From Candidatus Micrarchaeota archaeon (GTDB taxonomy: Archaea > Micrarchaeota > Micrarchaeia > Norongarragalinales > SBBD01): 28,394 bases of DNA. The notes below the pieces were generated by a model, which was not told where the DNA came from, ran no database searches, and was given only the letters and a program-made list of their open reading frames with translations. The stretch covers positions 1-28,394 of the forward strand of contig JBDRLB010000047.1 of the NCBI GenBank assembly GCA_043813365.1, read 5' to 3'. The position numbers were made by a program, and so were the translations under genes. Each line of letters opens with the position of its first letter. Position 1 is the first letter of the stretch. Positions 16,188 to 25,549 of the stretch are shown piece by piece.

Positions 16188-16769
16188 CTAATTCTTTATT
16201 TTCAACAATTCCTCCAATACAACCGGCAGTTCCGTGCAGCCTTCCCCTCCGGAGAAGTGGCCGGCACCTTTCATTACAATCAGTTTGGCTCCCAGCTTCT
16301 GCTTGAAAACGGTGCCGTTCTTAAGGGGGATGAATTTGTCGTTATCGGAATGGATGGCGATGAAATGCGGGCAATGCGATTTGATTTTCTTCCAATTTAT
16401 GGGTTTTCCGTAAAACGATTTGAAAACAATGTAGCCGATATTATTGGCGAACCCCGCCACTATTATCACGCCCCCCACTTTCACGCTTTTCGGGAGGGTT
16501 TCCAAATAGCGGAGGATGGCGATGCAGCCGAGAGAATGGCCGATGAAGTAGCAATGCTTGTCGGGGAACGGTTTCTTTTCCGGCGAGGATAAACGCACCT
16601 CCTCCGAAATCTTTTTCACCCATTCACCCATTTTCGGGAGGGAAGGGTGCGGCATCTGGGGTATGATAACTGAATAACCTTTTTTCTCAAGCTCCTTCCT
16701 AAGCCAAGGCCTCCAGCCGCCTTCAGGTTTGGAGTTCCAGCCATGGATGATGAAGACGCGTTTTTTCAT
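16188..16769 (-). CDS. RBBP9/YdeN family alpha/beta hydrolase
   Basis: VFIIHGW, GHSLG nucleophile elbow, HSDND, GAGHF. Start at MKKRVF. Confidence 0.93.
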   Translation of the reverse strand: MKKRVFIIHGWNSKPEGGWRPWLRKELEKKGYSVIIPQMPHPSLPKMGEWVKKISEEVRLSSPEKKPFPDKHCYFIGHSLGCIAILRYLETLPKSVKVGGVIIVAGFANNIGYIVFKSFYGKPINWKKIKSHCPHFIAIHSDNDKFIPLKNGTVFKQKLGAKLIVMKGAGHFSGGEGCTELPVVLEELLKIKN

Positions 16770-16849
16770 GTTGGATCGTATCTGTTGCAAGTTATTGGCT
16801 AAAGGATGTTGCAACCATTTATTTAAACGTTGCAGGCGATAGGATTATT

Positions 16850-18076
16850 ATGCCCCCAAAAATCGCCAAGGAACTGATTCGCTCCGAAAGGGCCACCTAT
16901 ATACTGGCGGAAATGACCAACAGGTTCAATGAGGGAGAGCTGCAGGATGCGATCCGCACTGGGCTCGTGGTGCCATTGCAAGGCAACTTCCCAAGGGCGC
17001 AATAGGAACTCGAAAAGAGGGGTTTGGATGTCTCCAAAATATACCTCATCCCCCACAGGCATCCAGTTATGACGGGGCATAGGAGTTTCCACAATAGGAC
17101 GCTACTTTTCAGTCCAATTGACAACGGCAGCAAGCATTATGCGTTCAAGGGAGTGGGAACCAATGAATTCAACGTTCACTATCCCAAGGATTTTGGGAGA
17201 ATGCATCATTCAAACTACGCCTACATAAAGGAAGAAAAAATGATTGAAAGGCAGTTTTGGGGCGGTGCGCGGCACGTATCCAATCTGCACGCGGCAAAAT
17301 GGAGCCGTGCGGCAATTGATGAGCTGGCCAAAATGGAGTCTGAGCGGGATCCGGCGCTGGCTGTTGCGGAAAGTTACGGCGGAAAAATAAACATAATGAA
17401 CCCGTATGCCATTTTTAAGCCCCTGCAGGTTCCGATTTTATCTCTTAAGCCCAAAGGAAAAGTTGTGAAAATCGAACATAGCGAGGGGATGGAGAAATCT
17501 GGTATCCCGGAATCCCTTGCAAAATCGCACACTATTCTGGCATATACTGCGCCGAAAGGGGCAACGATAAGGCTTAAGGACGCGGATTACTTCGACACGC
17601 CCAGTGTCAGGACTGAGGAGCATATGGCAGTAGGAGCAAGCATGGGCCTCATGCTGCACATATTACACAACCGCATGAAATTATATGGTGGGGATAAAAA
17701 CGGCGGGACAATCTTTCATCCCAACAATGTGAGCGTCGAGCCTAATGGAAACCTAAGTTTCTTTGATTTCGATACAATCAACGATACGAGCAGGATAAAC
17801 CGGCTCACCGACCTACGGGTTGCCCTGAATTCCATACAGCATTCGGTGAGGTCAGTGTACGTAAAGCCTGCTATAATTGCGATGTTGGATGTGTATACGG
17901 TAGGAATGAGTAGGAGGCGCATGTCCCAAGTCATCAGAGAAATTGGGAAAGCCGGAAAATTCATAGGCTACAAAACTGACGATTTTCGCGATATAAAACA
18001 ATACCTAAGAAGTAAAATGCCTCCAAGGAAAGGGATCAGGGACTCGTTAAAGCGTCTGTTTCGAAAGCATCCATAA
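16850..18076 (+). pseudogene. Atypical protein-kinase/SelO-like fold orphan interrupted by one in-frame TAG (17003-17005)
   Basis: ATG 16850 lies about 30 nt after a TATA box and is in frame with track ORF 17024..18076; codon 52 is TAG. Motifs YAFKGVG, FWGGA, FHPNN, FFDFD. Confidence 0.65.
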
Positions 18077-20146
18077 AATCAGTATCAGGAGGAGGCCGAA
18101 AATAACGTACCTCCAAGGAAATTCATCTCCGGAGACAAGCTTCTTCATGGAAGGCAGGGAAACAAATTCCGTAACCTCCGCTCCCTGGTCGGACGTTATC
18201 TGGAATGGGACATTTGTGCTTTGAAGGTCCTGCAAAGGCTGCACCTGCAAACGGTATTGGCGCGTTTCACCCGGCGCAAGCTCCTTTACTGAATCAAGAG
18301 GGATGATGTTCAGGTCGCGTGCAGGCGAATTGACGCCCACATTGGTCAGTGCGATGTTGCCCGTATTTTTCAGCGTTATTGTGACAATCGCTTCCTTCAC
18401 TACGTCGCCTTCATAAACCTCCTCTATTGCGCTGTTGGCAGAAATCTGCTTGCTCTTCCCAACTACTTGGAGAACGGAGGAAAATTTCGAAATTTCCAAA
18501 CCGGAGGATGCAACTACGTTGATGTTGTATTTCCCAGCTGCTTTCGGGGTGAGGACAAGCCTGAAAGGCGCGGTTTTCCCGGTTTTGATCGTTTTGGCGT
18601 TATCGAGGGAAACCCAGGAGGAAGGTATCCCATCAATTGTGACTTCAGTGTTCTCCATATCCTCGCTCTTTGCATTGAGCACATTGACAACGAGTTTCTT
18701 CTGTTCCCCTACAACCGCATTTACCGAAGCAGGGAAATCTATCTTGAGGAAGGATTCCTCGGATTTATTGCTGGAAACAACGGAAAATTCAAAAGTGGAT
18801 GTTTCAGCCGCACCTTTCCGGGGGCGGAGAACGAATGATGCAAGCTGGCCCCCTAGGGGAGTGATGCAGGAAGTCTGCACAATGAAATTGAATGTCTCCG
18901 ATTCCCGGGGAGAAAGGGTGAATTCATCGGGCTCCGCATATGCATTGGCCTTCACAAGCGGCTTCGTTTCTATTGCATAATCGTCCTCCAGAGTGCCCAT
19001 GTTAGTGACCTTTACCTCGAACCCAGCAGTTGTGCAGCGCTTTACTGCCGGATAAATTGGCTTTTCTATTTTGACATTGCTGGTTCCCTGCACACGATAG
19101 CAGATTTCCTTGTCTATGAGCACGAACCCAAGGTATTTTGCCTGCAGCCTGAAATGGTAGTAATCGATGGGCATTGTGTCGCGAGGGAGAATTGTTAGGT
19201 TGAAATATTCCCGCTCGCCGGATTTAAGCTCGAAATTCCGCAATGGAAGCCTGACTGGTTCGGTGGAGTCGTCGTTCCCCACAATCTCAAGTGAAAACGG
19301 CTTCTCAATTTCGCCGTAATTCCTCACGCCCAGCTGAAGCACCTTCCTTTCCCCATGCTTCACTTCAATGCATTGGAGCGGCTCATTTAGCAGCGCAAGC
19401 TGCGCCTCCTTGTAATATGACCTTACTTTCACGGGAAGCAGGAATTCCTGCACGCAGCATGCGGAAGTGGTGCGCACGCGGAAAACAACCTCGTAATCGC
19501 CGCTGGGGGTGCCTGCGGGCAAAATGACATATGCTTTCACAACTTTTGCATCATTGGGGGAAATCCTGAAATCAGATTCGGCAATGGAAACGGATTTCCC
19601 GAGGGGATTCGAAGGCGCAGCTATGCTGGCAAAAATTTCCTCATTCAGGTTGTTGTAAATGGAAATGAAATACTCCATCTTTTCCCCGGGAAGAAGCTGC
19701 TTCAGCGAAGTCGGGTAAATTTCCGCGTTCACGCGGCCCTCCTGCACAGCTTCGGAGGCGGATGGCGTGACTTCCGCATTCAGGAGAAGGTTTTCGGAGC
19801 ACTGGATGCCCGCAGAGTCTGAGGAAATTTCAACCGGAAATTCATAAGTGCCCACTTCGGCGGAGGCGGTTGAGACGTAAAAGTTGAAAACCGTTTCCTC
19901 GTTCTGGGAAAGCGCGTCGTAACTCACATCAAAATATGCATCTATCTGCGGGAGGTAATCGTTGGCAGCTGATAAATATACGTTTGCGGGATAAATGCCG
20001 ATGTTCTTCACAACAAGCGGGTAATTCGCAACTCCGCCTTGGGAGATGGTCGCATTTGCAATGACGCCGATTTCGAGCGAAGGGCATGATGCGTAAAGAA
20101 TTGAGCTTAACAGGGCGAGCAAAATGGCCATTGGAAGCGCTTTCAT
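18047..20146 (-). CDS. Cell-surface protein with tandem Ig-like beta-sandwich repeats (COG1470/NEW3/CARDB-like)
   Basis: Signal peptide; about 6 repeats of V.N.G...L.PgE...f.v..P; C-terminal TM segment. Confidence 0.85.
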   Translation of the reverse strand: MKALPMAILLALLSSILYASCPSLEIGVIANATISQGGVANYPLVVKNIGIYPANVYLSAANDYLPQIDAYFDVSYDALSQNEETVFNFYVSTASAEVGTYEFPVEISSDSAGIQCSENLLLNAEVTPSASEAVQEGRVNAEIYPTSLKQLLPGEKMEYFISIYNNLNEEIFASIAAPSNPLGKSVSIAESDFRISPNDAKVVKAYVILPAGTPSGDYEVVFRVRTTSACCVQEFLLPVKVRSYYKEAQLALLNEPLQCIEVKHGERKVLQLGVRNYGEIEKPFSLEIVGNDDSTEPVRLPLRNFELKSGEREYFNLTILPRDTMPIDYYHFRLQAKYLGFVLIDKEICYRVQGTSNVKIEKPIYPAVKRCTTAGFEVKVTNMGTLEDDYAIETKPLVKANAYAEPDEFTLSPRESETFNFIVQTSCITPLGGQLASFVLRPRKGAAETSTFEFSVVSSNKSEESFLKIDFPASVNAVVGEQKKLVVNVLNAKSEDMENTEVTIDGIPSSWVSLDNAKTIKTGKTAPFRLVLTPKAAGKYNINVVASSGLEISKFSSVLQVVGKSKQISANSAIEEVYEGDVVKEAIVTITLKNTGNIALTNVGVNSPARDLNIIPLDSVKELAPGETRQYRLQVQPLQDLQSTNVPFQITSDQGAEVTEFVSLPSMKKLVSGDEFPWRYVIFGLLLILILWMLSKQTL

Positions 20147-20266
20147 GTTAGGGGTTATGCATTCACCTATTTAAAATCATTATTGATGCTCGCTTGGAAG
20201 GGTTGAAAACACTTCGCCGAAAGCAACCAAAGGCTTTAAAAATTCGGTCGGCTTTTTTTTACAATT

Positions 20267-20800
20267 ATGGACATCATTGAAATCATCCTTTTCATGCTAC
20301 CCGCTTATATAGCAAACAGCGCACCCGTGCTGCTTTCGGGCTGGGGGCCGTTAGACCGGAAAGCCTTGTTCGGCGACGGGAACCGCATCCTCGGTGACAG
20401 CAAAACGATCAGGGGCACGTTGGGCGGGATAGTTGCCGGAATTCTCGTAGGGGCAATCCTTTCTTATAATATTTCCATCTACTTGTTGAGCCCGCTTGGC
20501 ACGCCTGATTTCGGGTTTGATGACAAGATGCTAATTTCAAGCCTCATGGTGCTCGGTGCCATTCTGGGGGACCTGCTGGGCTCGTTCATAAAGCGGAGGC
20601 TGGAAATCAAGCCCGGCGAGCCGTTCCTGCTGACGGACCAGCTGCTGTTCATTTTAATGGCAATCGCATTCTCCACCATACCAAAGGGATTCTTCATCTC
20701 CCTCTATGACTTGGGCGCGGTACTGATAATCACCCTATTCCTGCATTTTGCGGCAAACATAATCGCGCACAGGCTCAACCTGAAAAAGGTGCCATGGTGA
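20267..20800 (+). CDS. carS: CDP-archaeol synthase
   Basis: PAYIANSAPV, RILGDSKTIRG, GDLLGSFIKRRL..KPG, DQL, LKKVPW. Confidence 0.95.
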   Translation: MDIIEIILFMLPAYIANSAPVLLSGWGPLDRKALFGDGNRILGDSKTIRGTLGGIVAGILVGAILSYNISIYLLSPLGTPDFGFDDKMLISSLMVLGAILGDLLGSFIKRRLEIKPGEPFLLTDQLLFILMAIAFSTIPKGFFISLYDLGAVLIITLFLHFAANIIAHRLNLKKVPW

Positions 20801-20810
20801 AAAGCCGGGA

Positions 20811-21314
20811 ATGAGCGACTCAAGAAAGCCGTTCCTGCAGAAAGGCGAAACAGAGTTCCTCACAAGGTTTTTCCTGATTTTTTTCGGCTTGTTTGCGGTA
20901 CTTAAAATCGCGGACCTTTCTTCCCTTTTGGAGCTGATTGCAGGCATAGAATATTCCCTCGCCATCCTTGCAGGGATCCCCGCAACGCTTAGTGCGCCTG
21001 CCATCATGCTCAACACGAGCAGCGTCGAAATAGTGGCGGAATGCAGCGGCTTTGTAATGATCATATTGCTTGCGGCGCTTCTTTGGTCGACCAATATCCC
21101 CAATGGCAGGAGGATAAGGTACATGCTGGTTTTTTCGCCGTTCCTCTTTGTTTTCAACATTTTGCGGATTTTTGCAACCCTGCTCACGCTTAACTCGCAT
21201 CCCTCGCTATTCGAATTCGTGCACATTTCCCTCTGGTTCGTTGATTCGGCTATAGTGCTGCTGATATGGATGAAGGCGCAGAATATGAACATCCGGAAAA
21301 CGCTTTTTTCCTGA
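20811..21314 (+). CDS. Second exosortase/archaeosortase family protein (short form)
   Basis: IVAECSG, FNILRI, VHISLW triad motifs; about 4 TM segments. Confidence 0.82.
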   Translation: MSDSRKPFLQKGETEFLTRFFLIFFGLFAVLKIADLSSLLELIAGIEYSLAILAGIPATLSAPAIMLNTSSVEIVAECSGFVMIILLAALLWSTNIPNGRRIRYMLVFSPFLFVFNILRIFATLLTLNSHPSLFEFVHISLWFVDSAIVLLIWMKAQNMNIRKTLFS

Positions 21315-21333
21315 AAAAAAATTGGTCGGAAAT

Positions 21334-22035
21334 ATGGATAAGGGAATCCTGCTCGCAATCCTGATCCTGTCTTTTGCAGCCATCGTGTTTTCCCTCAATA
21401 CCGGCAACTATTTCGTGGGCGACAAAGGCGAAAAAAGCGTTTCGATGATGGTGCCGGCGGTTGATGCGGAGGGGAAGGGATTCCTCCTAAAAATGGATGT
21501 GGAAGTCAGGAGAGGGGCAGGGATGCTGAACATCATTTCGGAAGGGGATGAAATCACAATAAGCGGCGGGACGGAAGATTCGTTCAAAACTGCAGTCGCT
21601 GCTGCGGCCAGAATATCGGGCGCGGATTTTGGGAAGATGGATGTAACGTTTGTGATCCATAGGAAAGGGTACATTGCGGGAAGCAGTGCGGCTGCGAGTG
21701 CTGTGGTGGGTCTCGTGTCCCTTGCGCAAAACCGAAAAATCAGGAAGGATGCGCTGATTACGGGAAGCCTGGATGAAAACGGGAAAATCAATAGGGTAGG
21801 CTTCATACTGGAAAAAGCGAATGCAGCTAAGGAAACTGGCTACGAAATTCTGCTCGTTCCGGAAGGGGAGGCGAAAGTCTGGGTGATTCCCGAAGGATGC
21901 AGGAGGGATGACGGTTCCTCGCTGCCCGGATGCAGGCCTGAGAAGGAAGAAGTGGATGTAATGGAAGCAACAGAAATTAAGATAATCGAAGTAAGCGATC
22001 TTGAGGAAGCTGCAGAATTCATGCTGGAAGGATGA
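21334..22035 (+). CDS. Membrane-anchored S16 (Lon C-terminal domain) serine protease, no ATPase domain
   Basis: N-terminal TM, VPAVD, AGSSA, ITGSL...G.I..VG.I.EK. Ser and Lys are exactly 43 residues apart, as in the Lon dyad. Confidence 0.85.
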   Translation: MDKGILLAILILSFAAIVFSLNTGNYFVGDKGEKSVSMMVPAVDAEGKGFLLKMDVEVRRGAGMLNIISEGDEITISGGTEDSFKTAVAAAARISGADFGKMDVTFVIHRKGYIAGSSAAASAVVGLVSLAQNRKIRKDALITGSLDENGKINRVGFILEKANAAKETGYEILLVPEGEAKVWVIPEGCRRDDGSSLPGCRPEKEEVDVMEATEIKIIEVSDLEEAAEFMLEG

Positions 22036-22080
22036 TCTAAGTTGGCAGGAAACCTTCTGCTGAATATATGCGGGAAAAAA

Positions 22081-24081
22081 TCATTGCCCTTGGAGCTCAT
22101 ACATCTCCATGATTTCCTGTTCGGTTGTCGCATCCTGGGGCTCCTTGTCGGTGCGGAAGGAAATCATGCGCGGGAAACGCAAGGCAAGCCCTTCATCCGA
22201 ACCCTCTGATTTTCCGGCAGTATGCGCGGGAGAACGCGTGATCTCGTCGGCATTCACTTCTATTACGAATTTGGGCTCCACCCAGACATCGGGAGAGAGT
22301 TCGCAATCAACATTCCTGGGCTTTTCCTTTACTGCGGTCTTTTCAAGCCTTGAGGCAAACTCCTCCATCTGCTCCTCTGAGAATCCGGTGCCGACTTTCG
22401 CGATGCTGCGGAAGCGCGAATTTTCAGGGTCGTATATTGCAGTAAGCACTCCCCCAAACTCGAATTGCGTGCGCTTCCCCTTCCCGAGGTAATACCCGAT
22501 TATGACAACATCGAAAGTGTCTGCGATTTTCCCGTAACTCTTCTTGAGCTTGATCCACGCGAATTTCCTCGCGCCCGCTACATAAGGAGCCTGCAGGTCC
22601 TTTGCTATAATGCCCTCCAGCCCGTCGGAGAGGCACTTATCGAAGAATTGCTGGAGCTGCCTTGGCGTTTCAGCGATGACGCGGTCGGAGAGCTTGAGCG
22701 TCCCCGCATTCCTGCCGATGAGATTCCCTAGCTCCTTCCTTCTTTTTTCATACGGTTCCCTGGTGTAATCCTTCCCTTCGGAATAAAGGAGCTCGAATGC
22801 GAACAGTTTCAGCGGGATTTCCTCCGCTTTTTGCTTCACGTCATGCTTCCTTTTCCTCTGAATGGTAACCTGGAAGGGAAGGAACCTGCCCTGCTTCTCG
22901 TCGAACGCAATTGCCTCGCCCTCGAATATCGCATCCTTTGCGGAGAATTCCTTTCTCACCGCATCAACGAGATCGGGGAACATGTGCGTCATGGGCTCCT
23001 CCTTCCGGGAGAAAATGCGCACCTCATTCCCCCTCTTATGCACCTGCAGCCGAAAGCCGTCGTATTTCCCCTCTACGGAGCATTTCCCTATTTTCCCGAT
23101 GATCTGTTCGGGCGTAAGCAGCCTTTCTGCGAGTGCGGGCCTTATTGGCGAAAATACTCGGGGGTTGATTTCCCCCAGCTCGCGGATTTTCCCGGCAATC
23201 ACCATCTCGGCGGTTTCACCGAGATCCGAGCGCATATTGAACGCCCTGTCGAAAATTTCGCGGTATTTGCGCTTTTCTTCCAAAATTTCTATTTCAATCG
23301 AGTAATGCGAATTTTTTTTGCATGAAACAAGCGTTCCGTGCAAACCTTCCTCACCTTTCAGAACCAGCTCGGTGCCTTTTTTCATGCCGGTAAGCGCGTC
23401 AAGGCTGCCTTTTGCATTAACAATAATGGAAGACGCTTCGCCCTTTCCCTTGCCCTGGATTTCGAATGAAGCCGACGGATCTTCCAGCTCGAGCGCTTTC
23501 CCGTTTGCCTCGAGCGACCTTGCGGTTCCGATGATTTTGCCCAGCCAGAAGAGCGAAAGCGAATCAAGGATGGTGGGCTCGCCTATTCCCAAACGGAGAT
23601 TGCCCTGAACGAACCGCACGATGTGCTTTGCCTCCGTAGGAGTTGCATTGGAGAGCAATTCGGCAAGCAGCTTCACCTTCAAGTCCTGCGAGCGCTCCCC
23701 GGAAGAGGTAGCGATCCGGTAAAAGTTTTCGTAAACCTTCCTGAGGGTGAGCTCTTCAGAGAGTAGCGTTGATTGCGCCTTCCTTTCAAGCAGCTTTTCA
23801 GCTGCAATGCCCAAATCGCCCTCCTTGCGGTAAACCGCCTCGATTTCCTCGACCGATTTCCCCGAAACCCTCGATATAGCATGCTCCGCAAGCTTGTCCC
23901 CTATCCCTATCTGGATGCCTGCTGATTCGGGGACGAGAATCCCCTGGCATAAATAAGTGAGATGCTTCACATCAGCCGGGGACGCCTTGAAATACACTTC
24001 CGCAAGCTGTTCCGTCAATTGCAGGCGCGAGGCTGTTTTTTCCATCAGCTCGAAAACAGTCGCAAGCTCAATGAAGCGCAT
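22081..24081 (-). CDS. lig: ATP-dependent DNA ligase
   Basis: LRLGIG, motif I EGKYDG.R, EGE, FELLY, EGIIAK, WIKLK, LRFPR. Confidence 0.97.
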   Translation of the reverse strand: MRFIELATVFELMEKTASRLQLTEQLAEVYFKASPADVKHLTYLCQGILVPESAGIQIGIGDKLAEHAISRVSGKSVEEIEAVYRKEGDLGIAAEKLLERKAQSTLLSEELTLRKVYENFYRIATSSGERSQDLKVKLLAELLSNATPTEAKHIVRFVQGNLRLGIGEPTILDSLSLFWLGKIIGTARSLEANGKALELEDPSASFEIQGKGKGEASSIIVNAKGSLDALTGMKKGTELVLKGEEGLHGTLVSCKKNSHYSIEIEILEEKRKYREIFDRAFNMRSDLGETAEMVIAGKIRELGEINPRVFSPIRPALAERLLTPEQIIGKIGKCSVEGKYDGFRLQVHKRGNEVRIFSRKEEPMTHMFPDLVDAVRKEFSAKDAIFEGEAIAFDEKQGRFLPFQVTIQRKRKHDVKQKAEEIPLKLFAFELLYSEGKDYTREPYEKRRKELGNLIGRNAGTLKLSDRVIAETPRQLQQFFDKCLSDGLEGIIAKDLQAPYVAGARKFAWIKLKKSYGKIADTFDVVIIGYYLGKGKRTQFEFGGVLTAIYDPENSRFRSIAKVGTGFSEEQMEEFASRLEKTAVKEKPRNVDCELSPDVWVEPKFVIEVNADEITRSPAHTAGKSEGSDEGLALRFPRMISFRTDKEPQDATTEQEIMEMYELQGQ

Positions 24082-24085
24082 CGTA

Positions 24086-24595
24086 TCACTCCTTCAGCCA
24101 GCGTTCCCACCACTCGGAATATACCCGGAGGGTTTCTGAGAACGCGGGGCTTAGTTTCAGCGGCGCGTTTTTTTCCGAGGCAGCCACAAGCCCGGATTTC
24201 TGCAGCGCAAGCACAAGCATGTACAGGGTGCTTTTTTTTGCCTCGAGCTTCTTCTGGAGCTGGATGAAGCTCATCTCGCCGTGCTTGAGCTCCTCCAGCA
24301 CCTTGATGGTGAGCTCCTTTTTAGTCTGGGAGAATGCGAACGAATTGTTGATGAAGGAATAAATGGTAAATTGGGATTGGCGCATCTTCTCCAAATCAGT
24401 CGGGTCAATGCGGAAATACGAGAATGCCTGTGACTTCTGCTTGTTGTAATGCTCCCGCGTCCTGCCGGAGCGCTTGGCTGCTTTCTCCCCCGAACCAGCA
24501 TCATTTTCCACCATTTCCGGCTCCCCTGCAAGTTTTTCCACTTCCAGTTCCCCTGCAACTGCTTCCCTCTCAGATTCCCCATTCAAATTTTCCAT
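24086..24595 (-). CDS. Winged-helix DNA-binding protein with acidic N-terminus
   Basis: SD AGGTGA; KVLEELKHGEMSFIQLQKKLEAKKSTLYMLVLALQKSGLV. Confidence 0.78.
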   Translation of the reverse strand: MENLNGESEREAVAGELEVEKLAGEPEMVENDAGSGEKAAKRSGRTREHYNKQKSQAFSYFRIDPTDLEKMRQSQFTIYSFINNSFAFSQTKKELTIKVLEELKHGEMSFIQLQKKLEAKKSTLYMLVLALQKSGLVAASEKNAPLKLSPAFSETLRVYSEWWERWLKE

Positions 24596-24605
24596 CAATT
24601 CTCAC

Positions 24606-25487
24606 CTAAACCGAAAAGAACAGCCTCAGGGCATCCCTTACGCCGGGCGCAAGCCCGAATATGGTTATCAGCGCCAAAACGTAAATCTGCTCCTCCCTGC
24701 TCGATGCCTCCTTCCTCAGCGCGAAAATCAACGCGAACGCGAATACCAGCTTCACGAGGAAGAATGCGAACGGCGACCCCAATGAGAATATTGTGTTCGC
24801 AACGACATGCTGCTCCGAATACCCCGCAAATGATACGCCAATAAAGGTTGCGGCGCCATCCAGCAGCTGGGAAAACACGGCAGTGCGTTCCATGTTCACC
24901 ATCTGCTTGTTTTCCCTCTTGTTGTAAAACCTTGTTTTGAAGAATTCGAACAGAGCAGAGCCCAGGAATGCGAGAAGGAGGATTGCTCCCAAAAGCAGGA
25001 CATTGGAAGGAGTTATCTTATTGAAGCCCCAAAGCGCCAATATTGCAAACAATGCTGCAGTCAGCCCGATGCCGGAGTCGCGGATTTTCCGGAGGAGCAA
25101 TGGAAAGTCTTTTCCCGCGGTAAGCGTTGAGACAAAATAAACTGCCGCCAGAACGGCAAACATCAAAATGTAGATGCCAGGGCTTATGAAGGGGTAAATG
25201 GTGATGCCCGCAATTTCAATGCCTCGCGGGAGCAGGCCCCCGTCCTGGATGACGCGCATTATGCCCCCCATGAAGATGAAAGGCAGGATCGCGAAGTAGA
25301 ATTCATTCGTTATGGGGATTTTCCTTTGCCGCAGGTATTTCCAAATAAGGTAAGCCGCAAGAAGCGCGATCAGGGCATACGCAGCCGTATTGAACAAATT
25401 GTATGGCGCATTAACCTCCGGATGCGCCATGGGCTGCACGAAATATTCGTCCAAAAACTCCCCCGCCTGGTCAAGAATGCCCACCAT
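24606..25487 (-). CDS. DUF63 family membrane protein
   Basis: YNLFNTAAYA, PFI..GG..RVIQD, ISPGIY, LDGAATF.G, YSEQHVV, GLAPGVRDALR. Confidence 0.85.
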   Translation of the reverse strand: MVGILDQAGEFLDEYFVQPMAHPEVNAPYNLFNTAAYALIALLAAYLIWKYLRQRKIPITNEFYFAILPFIFMGGIMRVIQDGGLLPRGIEIAGITIYPFISPGIYILMFAVLAAVYFVSTLTAGKDFPLLLRKIRDSGIGLTAALFAILALWGFNKITPSNVLLLGAILLLAFLGSALFEFFKTRFYNKRENKQMVNMERTAVFSQLLDGAATFIGVSFAGYSEQHVVANTIFSLGSPFAFFLVKLVFAFALIFALRKEASSREEQIYVLALITIFGLAPGVRDALRLFFSV

Positions 25488-25549
25488 GAGCTAAAAAATG
25501 CAGGCATCATTTTTAAGGGTATTCTTGGTAATCCTTCCCGAGTGGGAAA

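Noticed and set aside
15855..16191. Short ORFs of 60-71 aa in several frames
   Set aside because: They overlap the tRNA-Val gene and its intron.
17003..17005. Genome-wide TAG reassignment
   Set aside because: TAG terminates conserved genes at their expected ends in this window (GTPase, hydrolase).
23278..23541. Intein in DNA ligase
   Set aside because: No N-terminal Cys/Ser block, no His-Asn followed by Cys/Ser/Thr, and shorter than a Hint domain.
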